IMG/VR virus record: IMGVR_UViG_3300025610_000134
Span: 1-25,000 of that record
DNA from: a virus
Taxonomy: Duplodnaviria; Caudoviricetes
Reading direction: 5' to 3' (one strand)
DNA length: 25,000 bases
This document shows positions 5,371 to 15,503 of this stretch, one piece after another (the stretch's first letter is position 1; every line of letters begins with the position of its first letter). A program made the position numbers and the translations under genes. The notes below the pieces were generated by a model. The model saw nothing but the letters and a program-made list of their open reading frames with translations, had not been told where the DNA came from and did not search any database.

Positions 5371-6790
5371 ACAACAGAAAAAGCAGTTGCTTCAGGCAAT
5401 GGAGAAAGCCATATGCGAGAAATCGTTTTATGAGTTCTTCATCAGAGCCTTTGAGATTGCTGAACCCTCTGTTCCCATATCAGTAAACTTTCACCATAAA
5501 TATCTTTGCGATTTACTACAAGCCGAAGCCGAAAGGATAAAAGAGAATCGACCAAAGGATAAGGATATAATTATTAATATTCCATTCCGTAGTAGTAAGT
5601 CACTACTCGTTACGGTATTGTTTCCCGCTTGGTGTTGGGCAGTATATCCTAAGATGAGGTTCATCACAGCATCATACTCAGCAGAGATTAGTATAGAACA
5701 CGCAACCAAGTCAAGGGATATAATCAATAGCGAATGGTATCAGAAACATTGGGGTGAAACCTATCAGATTAAGAAAGACCAAAACCTAAAGGCAAGATAC
5801 GAGAATACTTTTCTAGGAGTTAGAAGGGCAACATCTGTTGGAGGTTCGGTAACAGGGCAAGGTGGCGATATAATTCTAGTCGATGACCCTACCTCTCCGA
5901 AAAATGCAGCTTCGCAGATAGAAAGAGAAAATGCTAACGAATGGTATAAGTCAACATTGTATTCACGACTTAACAATCCAACAACGGGAGTTAGGATAAT
6001 TATTATGCAAAGAGTACACGAAGATGACCTAAGTGGCTATCTTCTATTCAACTCACCCGACAAACATAAGCATATATGTATTCCCGCAGAACTTTCTAGC
6101 GACTTAAAGCCTTCACACCTAGCTGACCAATATCAAGATGGTCTGTTTTGGAAAGAAAGGTTTTCACAAGAGGTTTTAGATGATTACAAGTCGGCACTTG
6201 GCTCTTATGGCTATGCAGGACAACTACAACAGCGACCAACACCTGCAAATAGCGGGATGATTAAGAAATCGTGGTTCAAGGTAGAAGAAAAACAAAAAGA
6301 AGGGGTAGTCAATTTTATAATCGACCCTGCATACACCGCAAGTGAGAAAAATGACCCTTCAGCACTACTAGCCTATGTATTTGCTGACAATACTTGGCAA
6401 ATAACATCAGTACAGAATGTAAGGTTGGAATTTCCCGACCTAGTAAAGCATATAGTCAAGTTCGTAGAGAAGAATGGCTATACTACGCAGTCTAAAATAT
6501 TTGTAGAGCCTAAAGCAAGTGGTAAATCCATTGTGCAGACACTTATGAGAGAAACAGGACTGAACGTAAGAGAAGATAAACCGCCTACCAAAGATAAGGT
6601 GGCTAGAGTGCAGGACATAAGTCCAACATTGGAAACAGGTAGAGTTACTCTACTAAAGGGTGCTTGGAACGAGGAGTTCCTAATGCAATGCCAACAATTT
6701 CCTGCTGCAAGGCACGATGATATGGTGGATTGCCTAGTAATGACCGTAAATCAGCACTTTAAAGGTAAAAAAGTAGTATTTTTTGGATAA
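5363..6790 (+). CDS. terL: Terminase large subunit (Terminase_6 / psiM2 ORF9-like)
   Basis: Walker A-like INIPFRSSKS, Walker B IILVDD, IMQRVHEDD, QLQQRP, nuclease motifs IIDPA and HDDMVD. Confidence 0.95.
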   Translation: MDKQQKKQLLQAMEKAICEKSFYEFFIRAFEIAEPSVPISVNFHHKYLCDLLQAEAERIKENRPKDKDIIINIPFRSSKSLLVTVLFPAWCWAVYPKMRFITASYSAEISIEHATKSRDIINSEWYQKHWGETYQIKKDQNLKARYENTFLGVRRATSVGGSVTGQGGDIILVDDPTSPKNAASQIERENANEWYKSTLYSRLNNPTTGVRIIIMQRVHEDDLSGYLLFNSPDKHKHICIPAELSSDLKPSHLADQYQDGLFWKERFSQEVLDDYKSALGSYGYAGQLQQRPTPANSGMIKKSWFKVEEKQKEGVVNFIIDPAYTASEKNDPSALLAYVFADNTWQITSVQNVRLEFPDLVKHIVKFVEKNGYTTQSKIFVEPKASGKSIVQTLMRETGLNVREDKPPTKDKVARVQDISPTLETGRVTLLKGAWNEEFLMQCQQFPAARHDDMVDCLVMTVNQHFKGKKVVFFG

Positions 6791-6808
6791 ATACCTTATA
6801 AAATTGAA

Positions 6809-6856
6809 ATTTGCACAAAAACTGCGACAGATAACAGATACTAATAATTAATTTTG
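6809..6856 (+). promoter_or_regulatory. Late tail-module promoter with TGCGA box (predicted leaderless)
   Basis: TAATTTTG 6849-6856, 5 nt to ATG 6862; CTGCGACAGATA at 6822 in place of a -33 TTG; close similarity to 18576-18619. Confidence 0.7.
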
Positions 6857-6861
6857 CACAA

Positions 6862-7254
6862 ATGAATACATTTAAGCATATAAACAGCAAACACAACACT
6901 TTGGTAAGCAAATACCTTACTTACATACAAAAGCAGGTATATAACGCTACCGAAACTGCTAATGATGGTAAATACGATGATTTTCAGGACTTACTTGAAG
7001 ATATTGTAATGTATCACAATGATTTTGCTGATACAGGCTTAAACAAGGATAATTTAGAGGAATGGGCATTTGCTATCCCTAATTTAACAATGTTTACAGC
7101 ATTAGGCTTCTTTGCAGGATTAAGAAATGAAGAAAACGATGATGTTATTGAGGATTGCGTGAGAAACGTATATAGTTCTACAATGGATGTCGTAGGAAAT
7201 TTATCTGACCTAATGAAAGACGAAGAAGAAATAAAAGAAATGGAACAATGTTAA
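6862..7254 (+). CDS. Hypothetical acidic helical protein, first gene of the tail module
   Basis: 130-aa ORF coupled to the next gene; no family recognised. Confidence 0.75.
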   Translation: MNTFKHINSKHNTLVSKYLTYIQKQVYNATETANDGKYDDFQDLLEDIVMYHNDFADTGLNKDNLEEWAFAIPNLTMFTALGFFAGLRNEENDDVIEDCVRNVYSSTMDVVGNLSDLMKDEEEIKEMEQC

Positions 7255-7892
7255 ATATAGAAATAAATAGCAAAGAGTACAATATTCCTAACAAGTGGGA
7301 AGAAATGACTGTTGATTACTATTGCGGAGTGTATGAGATAATAAAAAAGTATCAAATCACAGAAGAAGAAGCAAATAGTGACAATGATTTGACAAAATAC
7401 CACATAATGCAGGAAAATAAGATGTATAAGGAATTATTCATCTATATGACAGGCATTAGTGACAAAGTAATGGCAAATGTGCCAATGGAAGATGTTATGG
7501 CAGTAATTGAGTGCCTTAACGAGATTATGGAAGAATACAAGCCAAAAGGAATGGACTATTTTGAATTTGAGGGCGATATATACTATTTCCCTATGGATTT
7601 CCTTAGAACAGGCACTTTTGGTGATTACATAGAGAGTCAGCAGCTTGAAATGAATACACAATACCTAAAAAACGGTAGATTTGATATTTTACCCGAACAA
7701 ATGGCAATATTGTGTAAACAAGTTGATGAGGAGGTTGACCTCGACAATATTGATGAAAAGGCGAAAGCATTTCGTAGATTGACAATGGACATCGTATGGG
7801 AGTTCAGTTTTTTTTTGAACAAACGAACTTTGGCATCAATCAACGTTATAAAAACCTTTTCAGAGATGGCGGAACAAAAAGTATCGCAGTAG
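7248..7892 (+). CDS. Tail assembly chaperone (gpG-like)
   Basis: Acidic protein with IPNKWEEMT and TFGDYIE motifs; FSFFL encoded over a T9 slippery run at 7808-7816. Confidence 0.65.
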   Translation: MLNIEINSKEYNIPNKWEEMTVDYYCGVYEIIKKYQITEEEANSDNDLTKYHIMQENKMYKELFIYMTGISDKVMANVPMEDVMAVIECLNEIMEEYKPKGMDYFEFEGDIYYFPMDFLRTGTFGDYIESQQLEMNTQYLKNGRFDILPEQMAILCKQVDEEVDLDNIDEKAKAFRRLTMDIVWEFSFFLNKRTLASINVIKTFSEMAEQKVSQ

Positions 7893-8104
7893 CGAAGGCA
7901 AGTAAGATAATGAAGCCATTTGGTTGGCTGAACACCTTATACGACCTAGCACTTGATGGAGTATTTACAAGAGATGGTAAAGATGCTATGCAAAGTGTAA
8001 AAGATGAAAAGTTGTATAAAGTTTTAACATACCTGTCTTGGAAAACTGCAAAAGGAGATTATGAACTAGCTGTTAATGAAGAACAGAGGAAACAAATAAA
8101 ATAA
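7808..8104 (+). CDS. Frameshift extension of the tail chaperone (gpT-like); fused product about 285 aa from 7248
   Basis: ORF 7796..8104 is in the -1 frame and opens at the T9 run; contains GWLNTLYDLA…VLTYL. Confidence 0.65.
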   Translation, partial: FFFEQTNFGINQRYKNLFRDGGTKSIAVAKASKIMKPFGWLNTLYDLALDGVFTRDGKDAMQSVKDEKLYKVLTYLSWKTAKGDYELAVNEEQRKQIK

Positions 8105-9279
8105 TGGGTTTTACTAAACTTAGAGAATTAAGAGATAGGTTTGAGCAACAATGGATAAATGGTGGCTTCATCTTTGGTTACGAGAATGAAATCAATGAGA
8201 ATCACAACAATGACTATCCATTACTTGTTGTTTTACCACCAACATCTGAACTTCCTGCTACGGAAGGCGATGTGCAAGAGGAATACACTTTCGAGTGCCT
8301 AGTCGTTAAGCCATACTATCAAAACCAAGCAGGTTCGCTTGATGTGGTGTTTAGCTTATTGGAACAAGAAGCATTGACTTGGCTACAAAGGGTGTTGGAT
8401 AGCTACGCAAACAAAGAGGTAATTTTAAGTCCTGACAGTATATCTGTTGAACGAGAAAAAGAACTATATAACGACAAGTTGATACAGGTCAGGCTTACTT
8501 TTACTTTAAATGCGTTCTCTCACGACTTTACAAGGCTTGATGAAGCATTTGTTAAGGGATTGACACCTTTGCTTTGGTTAAAGGCTGATATGGGTGTTAA
8601 AACGGAGTTCTTTGGCGGTAATGAGGTTGTAAACAAATGGATTGACCAAAGTGGTAATGCAAATCACTTTGAACAAACAACATCAGCTAAGAAGCCTCTG
8701 TATAAGTACGAGATGTCATCCAACAGCTATCCTTATGTATTCTTTGATGGAACAAATGACTTCTTGGATTGTGTTAACGACTCCCTTGATGGAACTGCTG
8801 ATGGTTTGAATAATGGACTATCTGTATTCTATGTAGCTAAGGGATATGATGGTTATAGTGGATATATGTTAGGTAAAAATTTAGACAACGCAGCAAAAGC
8901 AAACTTCGCTGTTAGAATATCAACACAGGGCGGTAATCTTAATTGGAGAACTCAAGTGCAAGATAGCGATGACGATTTGTTGGACTACATATATACATCA
9001 AACTCAGCAAATCAGGTTTCCGCTAATGCATTTACAAAACACAACACCAATCACAGCGTAAAGTCTTTTGAGAATGGCTCTTTGGTTGATGTTGAAACAA
9101 ATCCCGACTTTGATGCAGAAGCATTACAAGACCTATACCCACTAAGACTAGGTGCAGCTAGAGATACTATTGGACACCTAAAAGTTGACATACAAGAGAT
9201 TCTTATATTTGAAAAAGAACTTACTGTCGAAGAAGTTACAAAATTATCAGATTACTTAAAACATAAATACAACATATAA
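8104..9279 (+). CDS. Virion protein: tail completion/terminator-like N-terminus fused to a LamG/ConA-like domain
   Basis: Residues 1-140 contain YPLLVV…YTFECLV…VRLTFTL. The C-terminal part has LWLKAD, WIDQSGNANH, FDGTNDFL and IQEILIF…YLKHKY. Confidence 0.65.
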   Translation: MGFTKLRELRDRFEQQWINGGFIFGYENEINENHNNDYPLLVVLPPTSELPATEGDVQEEYTFECLVVKPYYQNQAGSLDVVFSLLEQEALTWLQRVLDSYANKEVILSPDSISVEREKELYNDKLIQVRLTFTLNAFSHDFTRLDEAFVKGLTPLLWLKADMGVKTEFFGGNEVVNKWIDQSGNANHFEQTTSAKKPLYKYEMSSNSYPYVFFDGTNDFLDCVNDSLDGTADGLNNGLSVFYVAKGYDGYSGYMLGKNLDNAAKANFAVRISTQGGNLNWRTQVQDSDDDLLDYIYTSNSANQVSANAFTKHNTNHSVKSFENGSLVDVETNPDFDAEALQDLYPLRLGAARDTIGHLKVDIQEILIFEKELTVEEVTKLSDYLKHKYNI

Positions 9280-11462
9280 TGCCAACATATCAAATAGTAG
9301 ACGAGCCATTAGGTCACTTTCAAAGTGTGTATAGTCCAATAAAATATTCAGCTAGAGCTACTACAACAAATAGAGATGCTTATGTAAGTTCAAAAGTTAC
9401 TATAACTCCTTACGATAATATTACGGATGCTGCTTTGACAGACCAAAAAGTTTCTATTAGAGTTCAGCCTAGTATAGACATACCTAATTTTAACTCATCA
9501 GGAAACATTCCTAACAATAGTAGATTATATTATACAATAGATGTATCGTCTATTTGTCGTGACTTCTTGTCTTATAGCCTAAGACCTTGTACTCACGACA
9601 CAGGAAGTTTAGTAAAAAGAGATATAACACTAGCTGAAATATCAAACAATGTATATCAAAAGTTTGAGGTTAAGTTTGAGTTAGAAGTTATATCAAGCGG
9701 TGCTTTAGTTCTTTCAGGAGAAAGTGAAACATCAACTTTTTACGCAACAAATACAGCTTTACTACACGAAGAAGAACACTATCTTAATATAGCAGAACAC
9801 CTTTATGATGGCTCAACAGGAAACATAGATTATGGCGGTGAATTAGTTTATCAATACGTTCATACAGGATATACTAATTATCTAAAAAATAGACAAAAGT
9901 ATCTTACTACAAAGCCAACTAATTATAGACTTATAGGTCACGATGAGTGTGAATACCTGTCATTCTTACATAAAGACGATGGAACTAATGATGTTAGGGT
10001 TTTAGCTAGGTTTTATGATAAAAACGGAAGCGAAATAGCAAATGGAACAGGAAATAATTATGTTTTAGTTATAAACAAAACCGTAGATGGTAACGGTAAT
10101 ACAGGAAGTAATCTTAATTCTTGGGCAGATAGCGGTAGCACAGCAGAAGATTATTCTGTTTGTCAAGTAGGTATAGGAACAAGAAATATAAAAGAAAGTC
10201 CTGATAGTACATTTAACGGAAGTTGTGCTGTTACTGATTTTTCAAATGTAGGTTATTACGAAGTTTATACTGAATATAGCGGTAGTGATAAGATAGGTGA
10301 AACTGTTAGGTATTACATTGACCACACAAGAGAAAGAGTTAATGGTGTTAGATTTCATTGGCAAAACAGATTAGGTGGTATTGACAGCTACACTTTTGAT
10401 GGTGCTTTTACGGAAGGAATAAACATATCGTCTAAATCATACGAGCAAAGCATATACCCTGACTTTAGAAGTCAGTTAGGAGCTTCGGCAGGTGGCAGAA
10501 ATGTGATTCAAGGAGATAATCCATTGTATGCAGAGGATTACGGAGCTTTAGTACCTAGAGTTGCAGGTCTTACTGATGACAAATATCCATCGGTTAGAAA
10601 GTCAAAGGTAAAGGCTGTTAAAGAAGGAACTGCTATATCAAGACCTTACGGAATTGCAGAGAAAGATATGTTTGAGGATTTATTAGCTTCACCAAATGTA
10701 TGGATAGAAAAGGGTTGGATAGGTAAAGAAGTATTTAGAGAGGATTGGAGTGGTTATTCTGCTGTATCTAACATTACTGATAATTGGAATCAAGTAGAAG
10801 GGTCTTTTACAACTGATGTTGCTTTCTCAACTTCTGATGGTCATATTACGGGAACAAGAACTTACAAAAAGGGTGATAACTCAGGTAATGACACAATTTG
10901 GGCATCAAGCAAAAAATTCATTAAGTACAATCCAAAAAGCATATATGAAATAGAGGTAAGAATAAAAAGTAGTGGTAATGGTAGTGGAAATGACCTTGTT
11001 GGGTTTACAGGTTATGCTGCCGACAAAACAACTAAGATAAGCACAGGTGGTTCTGATACTTTTTCTTCAGCACACTACATTACTCTGAAGCTTTACAACC
11101 AAACTGCTAATGATAAGTGGGAAACATTTAGAGGTTATGTAACGGGTCATTCTACAACTGCTGCTGTTCAATCTAATAATATAAACGACCCATCAACAGC
11201 TTATAATGGCATTGAATATATATCTCCAATGTTTTTGCTTCATCACGATGATGTAGAGGGAATAACACAAATAGACTACATTGTTGTAAGAGAGTATCAA
11301 ACAGACATACCTAACTCTAAGGGTTGGTATTCTACGCTCAATAGAAACTATTATGTTCCTGTTGTTATTAAAGATGCTAGTGTTACTACATTTGACAATG
11401 AGAACTTACAGAGATGTACTTTAAATTATATAGAAAGCAAAGCTAAAAGAACAATAGAATAA
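9279..11462 (+). CDS. Tail-tip structural protein (distal-tail-like) with an inserted jelly-roll/CBM-like domain
   Basis: WQNRLGGIDSYTF, EDLLASPNVWI and YVPVVI motifs of Bacteroidota-phage tail proteins; position in the tail module. Confidence 0.6.
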   Translation: MPTYQIVDEPLGHFQSVYSPIKYSARATTTNRDAYVSSKVTITPYDNITDAALTDQKVSIRVQPSIDIPNFNSSGNIPNNSRLYYTIDVSSICRDFLSYSLRPCTHDTGSLVKRDITLAEISNNVYQKFEVKFELEVISSGALVLSGESETSTFYATNTALLHEEEHYLNIAEHLYDGSTGNIDYGGELVYQYVHTGYTNYLKNRQKYLTTKPTNYRLIGHDECEYLSFLHKDDGTNDVRVLARFYDKNGSEIANGTGNNYVLVINKTVDGNGNTGSNLNSWADSGSTAEDYSVCQVGIGTRNIKESPDSTFNGSCAVTDFSNVGYYEVYTEYSGSDKIGETVRYYIDHTRERVNGVRFHWQNRLGGIDSYTFDGAFTEGINISSKSYEQSIYPDFRSQLGASAGGRNVIQGDNPLYAEDYGALVPRVAGLTDDKYPSVRKSKVKAVKEGTAISRPYGIAEKDMFEDLLASPNVWIEKGWIGKEVFREDWSGYSAVSNITDNWNQVEGSFTTDVAFSTSDGHITGTRTYKKGDNSGNDTIWASSKKFIKYNPKSIYEIEVRIKSSGNGSGNDLVGFTGYAADKTTKISTGGSDTFSSAHYITLKLYNQTANDKWETFRGYVTGHSTTAAVQSNNINDPSTAYNGIEYISPMFLLHHDDVEGITQIDYIVVREYQTDIPNSKGWYSTLNRNYYVPVVIKDASVTTFDNENLQRCTLNYIESKAKRTIE

Positions 11463-14092
11463 TGGCAGAAATAAGAGTTGAGCTAAGAGATTTTACTGAC
11501 AGCATATTAGGCAACCTTGATATTACATCGAGTGATGACTTTCCTTTGTCACTTAACTTTCAAAACTTTGACGTAAGAGATTTTAATTCTCGTAATGGTA
11601 GTTTTAGTAAGACTTTCAAAGTTCCTGCTACAAGGAACAACAACAAGTTGTTTAATCATATGTATCAAGATGGTAACATTGACATCAAAAACGTAAGAAA
11701 AGATTTGCCTTCTACAATATATTCAGATAACTTACCAATCATAAATGGTGTTTTGAGATTCTATAAGATTACAAAAGACACTAAGGTATTAGAATATGAG
11801 TGTACTTTTCTTGGAGATAATATGGATTGGGCATCTAAGATTAAAAACCTTGACCTCAACGAGTTAAGATTTAGCAAGACTGCCTACACCTCTTACCCGC
11901 CTGTTTCTGAAGGAAATTATACATTTGATAACATTATACCTTTAGCGGGAAACCCAAGAGATTTTGCAACATATTCATCTCAAACAGATAAATTTCACTA
12001 TCCATTAATGTCTTTTGGTGAGGGGTTAAGTTCAAGACCACAGGTTACCGAAGCAGATTTTGCACCTGCGTTTTATTTGAAAGATATTTGGGATAAAATA
12101 TTTATAGCTCAAGGATATACTGTTGAAAGTGAATTTTGCAATAGCGACTATTTTAAATCCTTAATTGTTCCTTGTGATTTTGAAATAAAGGGTGAGCAAT
12201 CAAACTTTAAATACGGAAAAATAGAAAAGTCTGATGGATATACTCAGTTAGCTTCTCTTTTTGCAAGTGGAACATCTGCAACGCTAAACCCTTATTCAAT
12301 AGGAAATATTGATATTATAAGACGAACAGGTAAAATAGGTTCAGGTACTTACACAGGTCAACTAGCTAAGTTTGCATTTTCAGGAAACTCTGTATTGGAT
12401 GATGCAGAAACCAACACACCTGCCGCTTCTGATGGTAATGTTCAGCAAGGAACAAGTGGACTAAACACATTGCTTGTAAAGAACTTAGGAGGTAATCATA
12501 CAATAAGATGGGATATAACAGCTAGGTTTTTTGCAGATAGTGGTGATGATGGTGGTGAGTTTGATGTATGGGGTCAGGTTTGGAGATGTCAAGATGATGA
12601 TAGTGAAGATATTTACGCTGCTGAAGCTGCATCAGGTGATAGTTTAAACAATTATTACTCTAAAATATGGGAGCAAAAATATTCTAGGGATTTCTCAAAC
12701 AACTACGATGTTGATATAAATTGGAACGACACATACGTTGATGCTACTAGCGGAACATCTAAGTATTTGTTTTGTATTGAAGTACAAAGAAAAGGTAATC
12801 TTAGTTCGGGTAGAACAGTAACTTTTGGATATAAAAGTGGAACTTTTGAAATAGCAGGTTCAACAGAAATATCTGTTGGTGATGACCTAAATGACGTACA
12901 CTACTTTGTTCCTGATGGAAAGCAGTCTGATTTTGTTTCGGGTGTTGCTCAAATGTTTAACCTACAATTCCAAACAGATGCAGGTAGTAAGATTATTAAG
13001 ATAGAGCCATTTGACTACTTTTACAAAGGAACTTCAGATGCGGTAAATTGGACTGATAAAATAGATTACTCAAAACAAATACAAGATGAGTTCATATATG
13101 ATATAAAATCAGAGTTGATATTCAAATACAAAGATGCTTCAAACGATGCTATGTTAGAAAGATATAACAAAAAAAGCAATACAGATTGGGGTGCATATAG
13201 AGAGGTTGATGATGGCAATATATTTACAGATGGAAGCTATGTGGTTGAGAATAAATATTTTGCAGCTACATTTAACTACCAAGAACCTGACTATATAGAT
13301 AGGGATGCGGGTTCTGCTCATAACATAAATAGAAGTCCTGTTATACCTATGTATTTTTCAGAATTTTCAAACCTTGAGTTCCCTAGATTTGTAGATAGAG
13401 GTAAGAAAGATTTTGGCATTGGAGCAAGAGTTCTAATAACAATTCCTATTGATAGTGGTAACACTCAATATATGTCAACAGGTCTTACTAATAATTTAAC
13501 ATCAGGATATTCTTACCATACAAACGGTGAAATTGAAACTTCAAACGCCTTCAACGATAAGTTTTGTAGAGCTTGTTTCATACATTACAATTTCTGCACC
13601 ATACCTAAATCATCTGTGCCTGACGATACGGATTGGTCATCTTTATCTTCATCAGACATAGACACCATATACAATAGTAGAGTTAAGCTAAGTGCAGGAA
13701 CATATAATGGAACTGAAGTTTTTTTAGACCCTAATTTATCTTTTAATGATGTTTATTTAAGTCAGGCAAACATAGATGATGGTCACGATAGTAAGATTGA
13801 TTTTAGAGGGTTATATCATTCTTTCTACAACAAGATGGTTAATCAGTTAAAACAGAAGCCTAGAATAAGACATATATATCTAAATTTAAGTCAAAAAGAT
13901 GTTGCCACTTTAGATTACAGAAATCTAGTTTTTTTAGATGGAGTATATTATAGGTTAAACAAAATTGTTGATTACAAACCTCATCTAAAGCAATCTACAA
14001 AGGTGGAATTGGTAGAGTATTTTGACTTAGGAAAAGAAAGTGTATTATCAGGAGATAAATTTAATTGGGAAACAGTAAACGATAAGTTCTAA
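11462..14092 (+). CDS. Large tail-tip/hub protein
   Basis: N-terminal DVRDFNSRNGSFSKTFKVPATRNNNKLF, QMFNL, NWTDKID, C-terminal YYRLNKIVDY…TKVELV. Confidence 0.7.
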   Translation: MAEIRVELRDFTDSILGNLDITSSDDFPLSLNFQNFDVRDFNSRNGSFSKTFKVPATRNNNKLFNHMYQDGNIDIKNVRKDLPSTIYSDNLPIINGVLRFYKITKDTKVLEYECTFLGDNMDWASKIKNLDLNELRFSKTAYTSYPPVSEGNYTFDNIIPLAGNPRDFATYSSQTDKFHYPLMSFGEGLSSRPQVTEADFAPAFYLKDIWDKIFIAQGYTVESEFCNSDYFKSLIVPCDFEIKGEQSNFKYGKIEKSDGYTQLASLFASGTSATLNPYSIGNIDIIRRTGKIGSGTYTGQLAKFAFSGNSVLDDAETNTPAASDGNVQQGTSGLNTLLVKNLGGNHTIRWDITARFFADSGDDGGEFDVWGQVWRCQDDDSEDIYAAEAASGDSLNNYYSKIWEQKYSRDFSNNYDVDINWNDTYVDATSGTSKYLFCIEVQRKGNLSSGRTVTFGYKSGTFEIAGSTEISVGDDLNDVHYFVPDGKQSDFVSGVAQMFNLQFQTDAGSKIIKIEPFDYFYKGTSDAVNWTDKIDYSKQIQDEFIYDIKSELIFKYKDASNDAMLERYNKKSNTDWGAYREVDDGNIFTDGSYVVENKYFAATFNYQEPDYIDRDAGSAHNINRSPVIPMYFSEFSNLEFPRFVDRGKKDFGIGARVLITIPIDSGNTQYMSTGLTNNLTSGYSYHTNGEIETSNAFNDKFCRACFIHYNFCTIPKSSVPDDTDWSSLSSSDIDTIYNSRVKLSAGTYNGTEVFLDPNLSFNDVYLSQANIDDGHDSKIDFRGLYHSFYNKMVNQLKQKPRIRHIYLNLSQKDVATLDYRNLVFLDGVYYRLNKIVDYKPHLKQSTKVELVEYFDLGKESVLSGDKFNWETVNDKF

Positions 14093-15003
14093 TGATAGGA
14101 AAAAAGTTTAATATAGATAAGGATAAGGAGCTATACAATAGGGTTTATTGCACAATAGATGGTGTATTAACACCTGTTATTTACAAAGCATCAGAAAGGG
14201 ATTATATAACATATACAGACCTTTATGTAACTAACGAAAAAAGACTTTCACAGCAAACTGCCTTAACAAAAAGCATATCTTTATCAAGACGATTTAAAGA
14301 AGTAGAAAACTCAACAGAGGTTAGTGTTAGTCCTTTGTGTGTATTTGATTTTCATAGCAATATTAAGTCAGACAACTCTAATGTTGTTGCTTGGGGAAGC
14401 TCTTATAGCTCTGTGCAGCTATCTCAATCAACCATAGCTAATCAACCAATATTGGGTGAGTTTGGAAAAGGTGTAAACGGATTTTCTCCAATACACTTTA
14501 GCATATACAACAGCAGCTTTATGTCGTTAAACTCAGCATTAACACTATCGGGTGACTTCACAATATTCTTTTATGTAAAAATAATAGGTCATCCTGTAAA
14601 TAAGTATATGAGGTTTTTAGGAAAAAGTGATGATAATAATATGTTTTTCTCAGCAGGAGATGCAAGTAACAAGAGCTATATAATGAAGTTTGACTCATCT
14701 AACACCGTTCAATTTGATTCATCTACATATTACTACAAGCCTACCACTAATCCTGTTTTAATAACAGTTAGAAGGAACTCTGATAATTTAGAGATAAGAG
14801 AAAATGGTGTTAGAATAGGCTCAGCAACTTGCCCAACAACAGACTTTACGTTTGACCAATTTGGAAGAACGGGTAATGTTGATTTGTCTTTTAATGGTGG
14901 ATTGTATCATTTCTCTGCATATGATGGATATTTAGACAGCAATCTTGAAACTGTTGAAAGCGCTATACTTAAATCAGTAAAACAAGCTAAAGCATTAATA
15001 TGA
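14092..15003 (+). CDS. Virion protein with LamG/ConA-like domain
   Basis: Beta-rich C-terminus with GDFTIFF, LITVRR, IRENG and FNGGLY. Confidence 0.6.
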   Translation: MIGKKFNIDKDKELYNRVYCTIDGVLTPVIYKASERDYITYTDLYVTNEKRLSQQTALTKSISLSRRFKEVENSTEVSVSPLCVFDFHSNIKSDNSNVVAWGSSYSSVQLSQSTIANQPILGEFGKGVNGFSPIHFSIYNSSFMSLNSALTLSGDFTIFFYVKIIGHPVNKYMRFLGKSDDNNMFFSAGDASNKSYIMKFDSSNTVQFDSSTYYYKPTTNPVLITVRRNSDNLEIRENGVRIGSATCPTTDFTFDQFGRTGNVDLSFNGGLYHFSAYDGYLDSNLETVESAILKSVKQAKALI

Positions 15004-15503
15004 AGAATATACTAAAGACATTTGATAGAACAATCAATGAGATTGGAAAGAAGTTTGTTACTAGGTTTAGAGAAGAACTTAAACAACAAGACCATATTGC
15101 AACAGGTAATCTTTCTGATACAATGCACTACGACTTAGTAGAGAGTAAAGATTCTATTGATTTAGTTGTTCAGACAAGAGCTAAATATGTAGACGCTGTT
15201 AATGAAGGTCAAAAGGCAGGTACTTATCCAAATCTTGATGCTATTATGAATTGGATGGATGCTAAGAAAATACCTTATGGCAGTCAAGGCGAAAAGGTTT
15301 CCATAGCAAGTAGAATAGCAAAAAGAATACAAATGGAAGGTACTCCAACAAAAGGAAGTAAGCAATTTTCATTTAACGGATTTAGAACAGGATTTATTAA
15401 TAGAGTAGTAGGGAGTAATGAAAGACACTTTCTTAACGACATTGATAAATCAATATCAACAGATATAAATAACATATTTAAGCAATTACCAAAACAAGTA
15501 TAA
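15000..15503 (+). CDS. Neck/tail completion protein (HK97 gp10-like)
   Basis: ATGNLSDTM…YVDAVNEG…IAKRIQMEG…GFI pattern; adjacent to the tape measure gene. Confidence 0.55.
   Translation: MKNILKTFDRTINEIGKKFVTRFREELKQQDHIATGNLSDTMHYDLVESKDSIDLVVQTRAKYVDAVNEGQKAGTYPNLDAIMNWMDAKKIPYGSQGEKVSIASRIAKRIQMEGTPTKGSKQFSFNGFRTGFINRVVGSNERHFLNDIDKSISTDINNIFKQLPKQV

Noticed and set aside
5491-5976. Minus-strand ORFs 5491..5727 and 5764..5976
   Set aside because: Antisense shadows of terL with no recognisable motifs.
7434-7843. Three minus-strand ORFs within the chaperone gene
   Set aside because: Short antisense shadows with no supporting signals.
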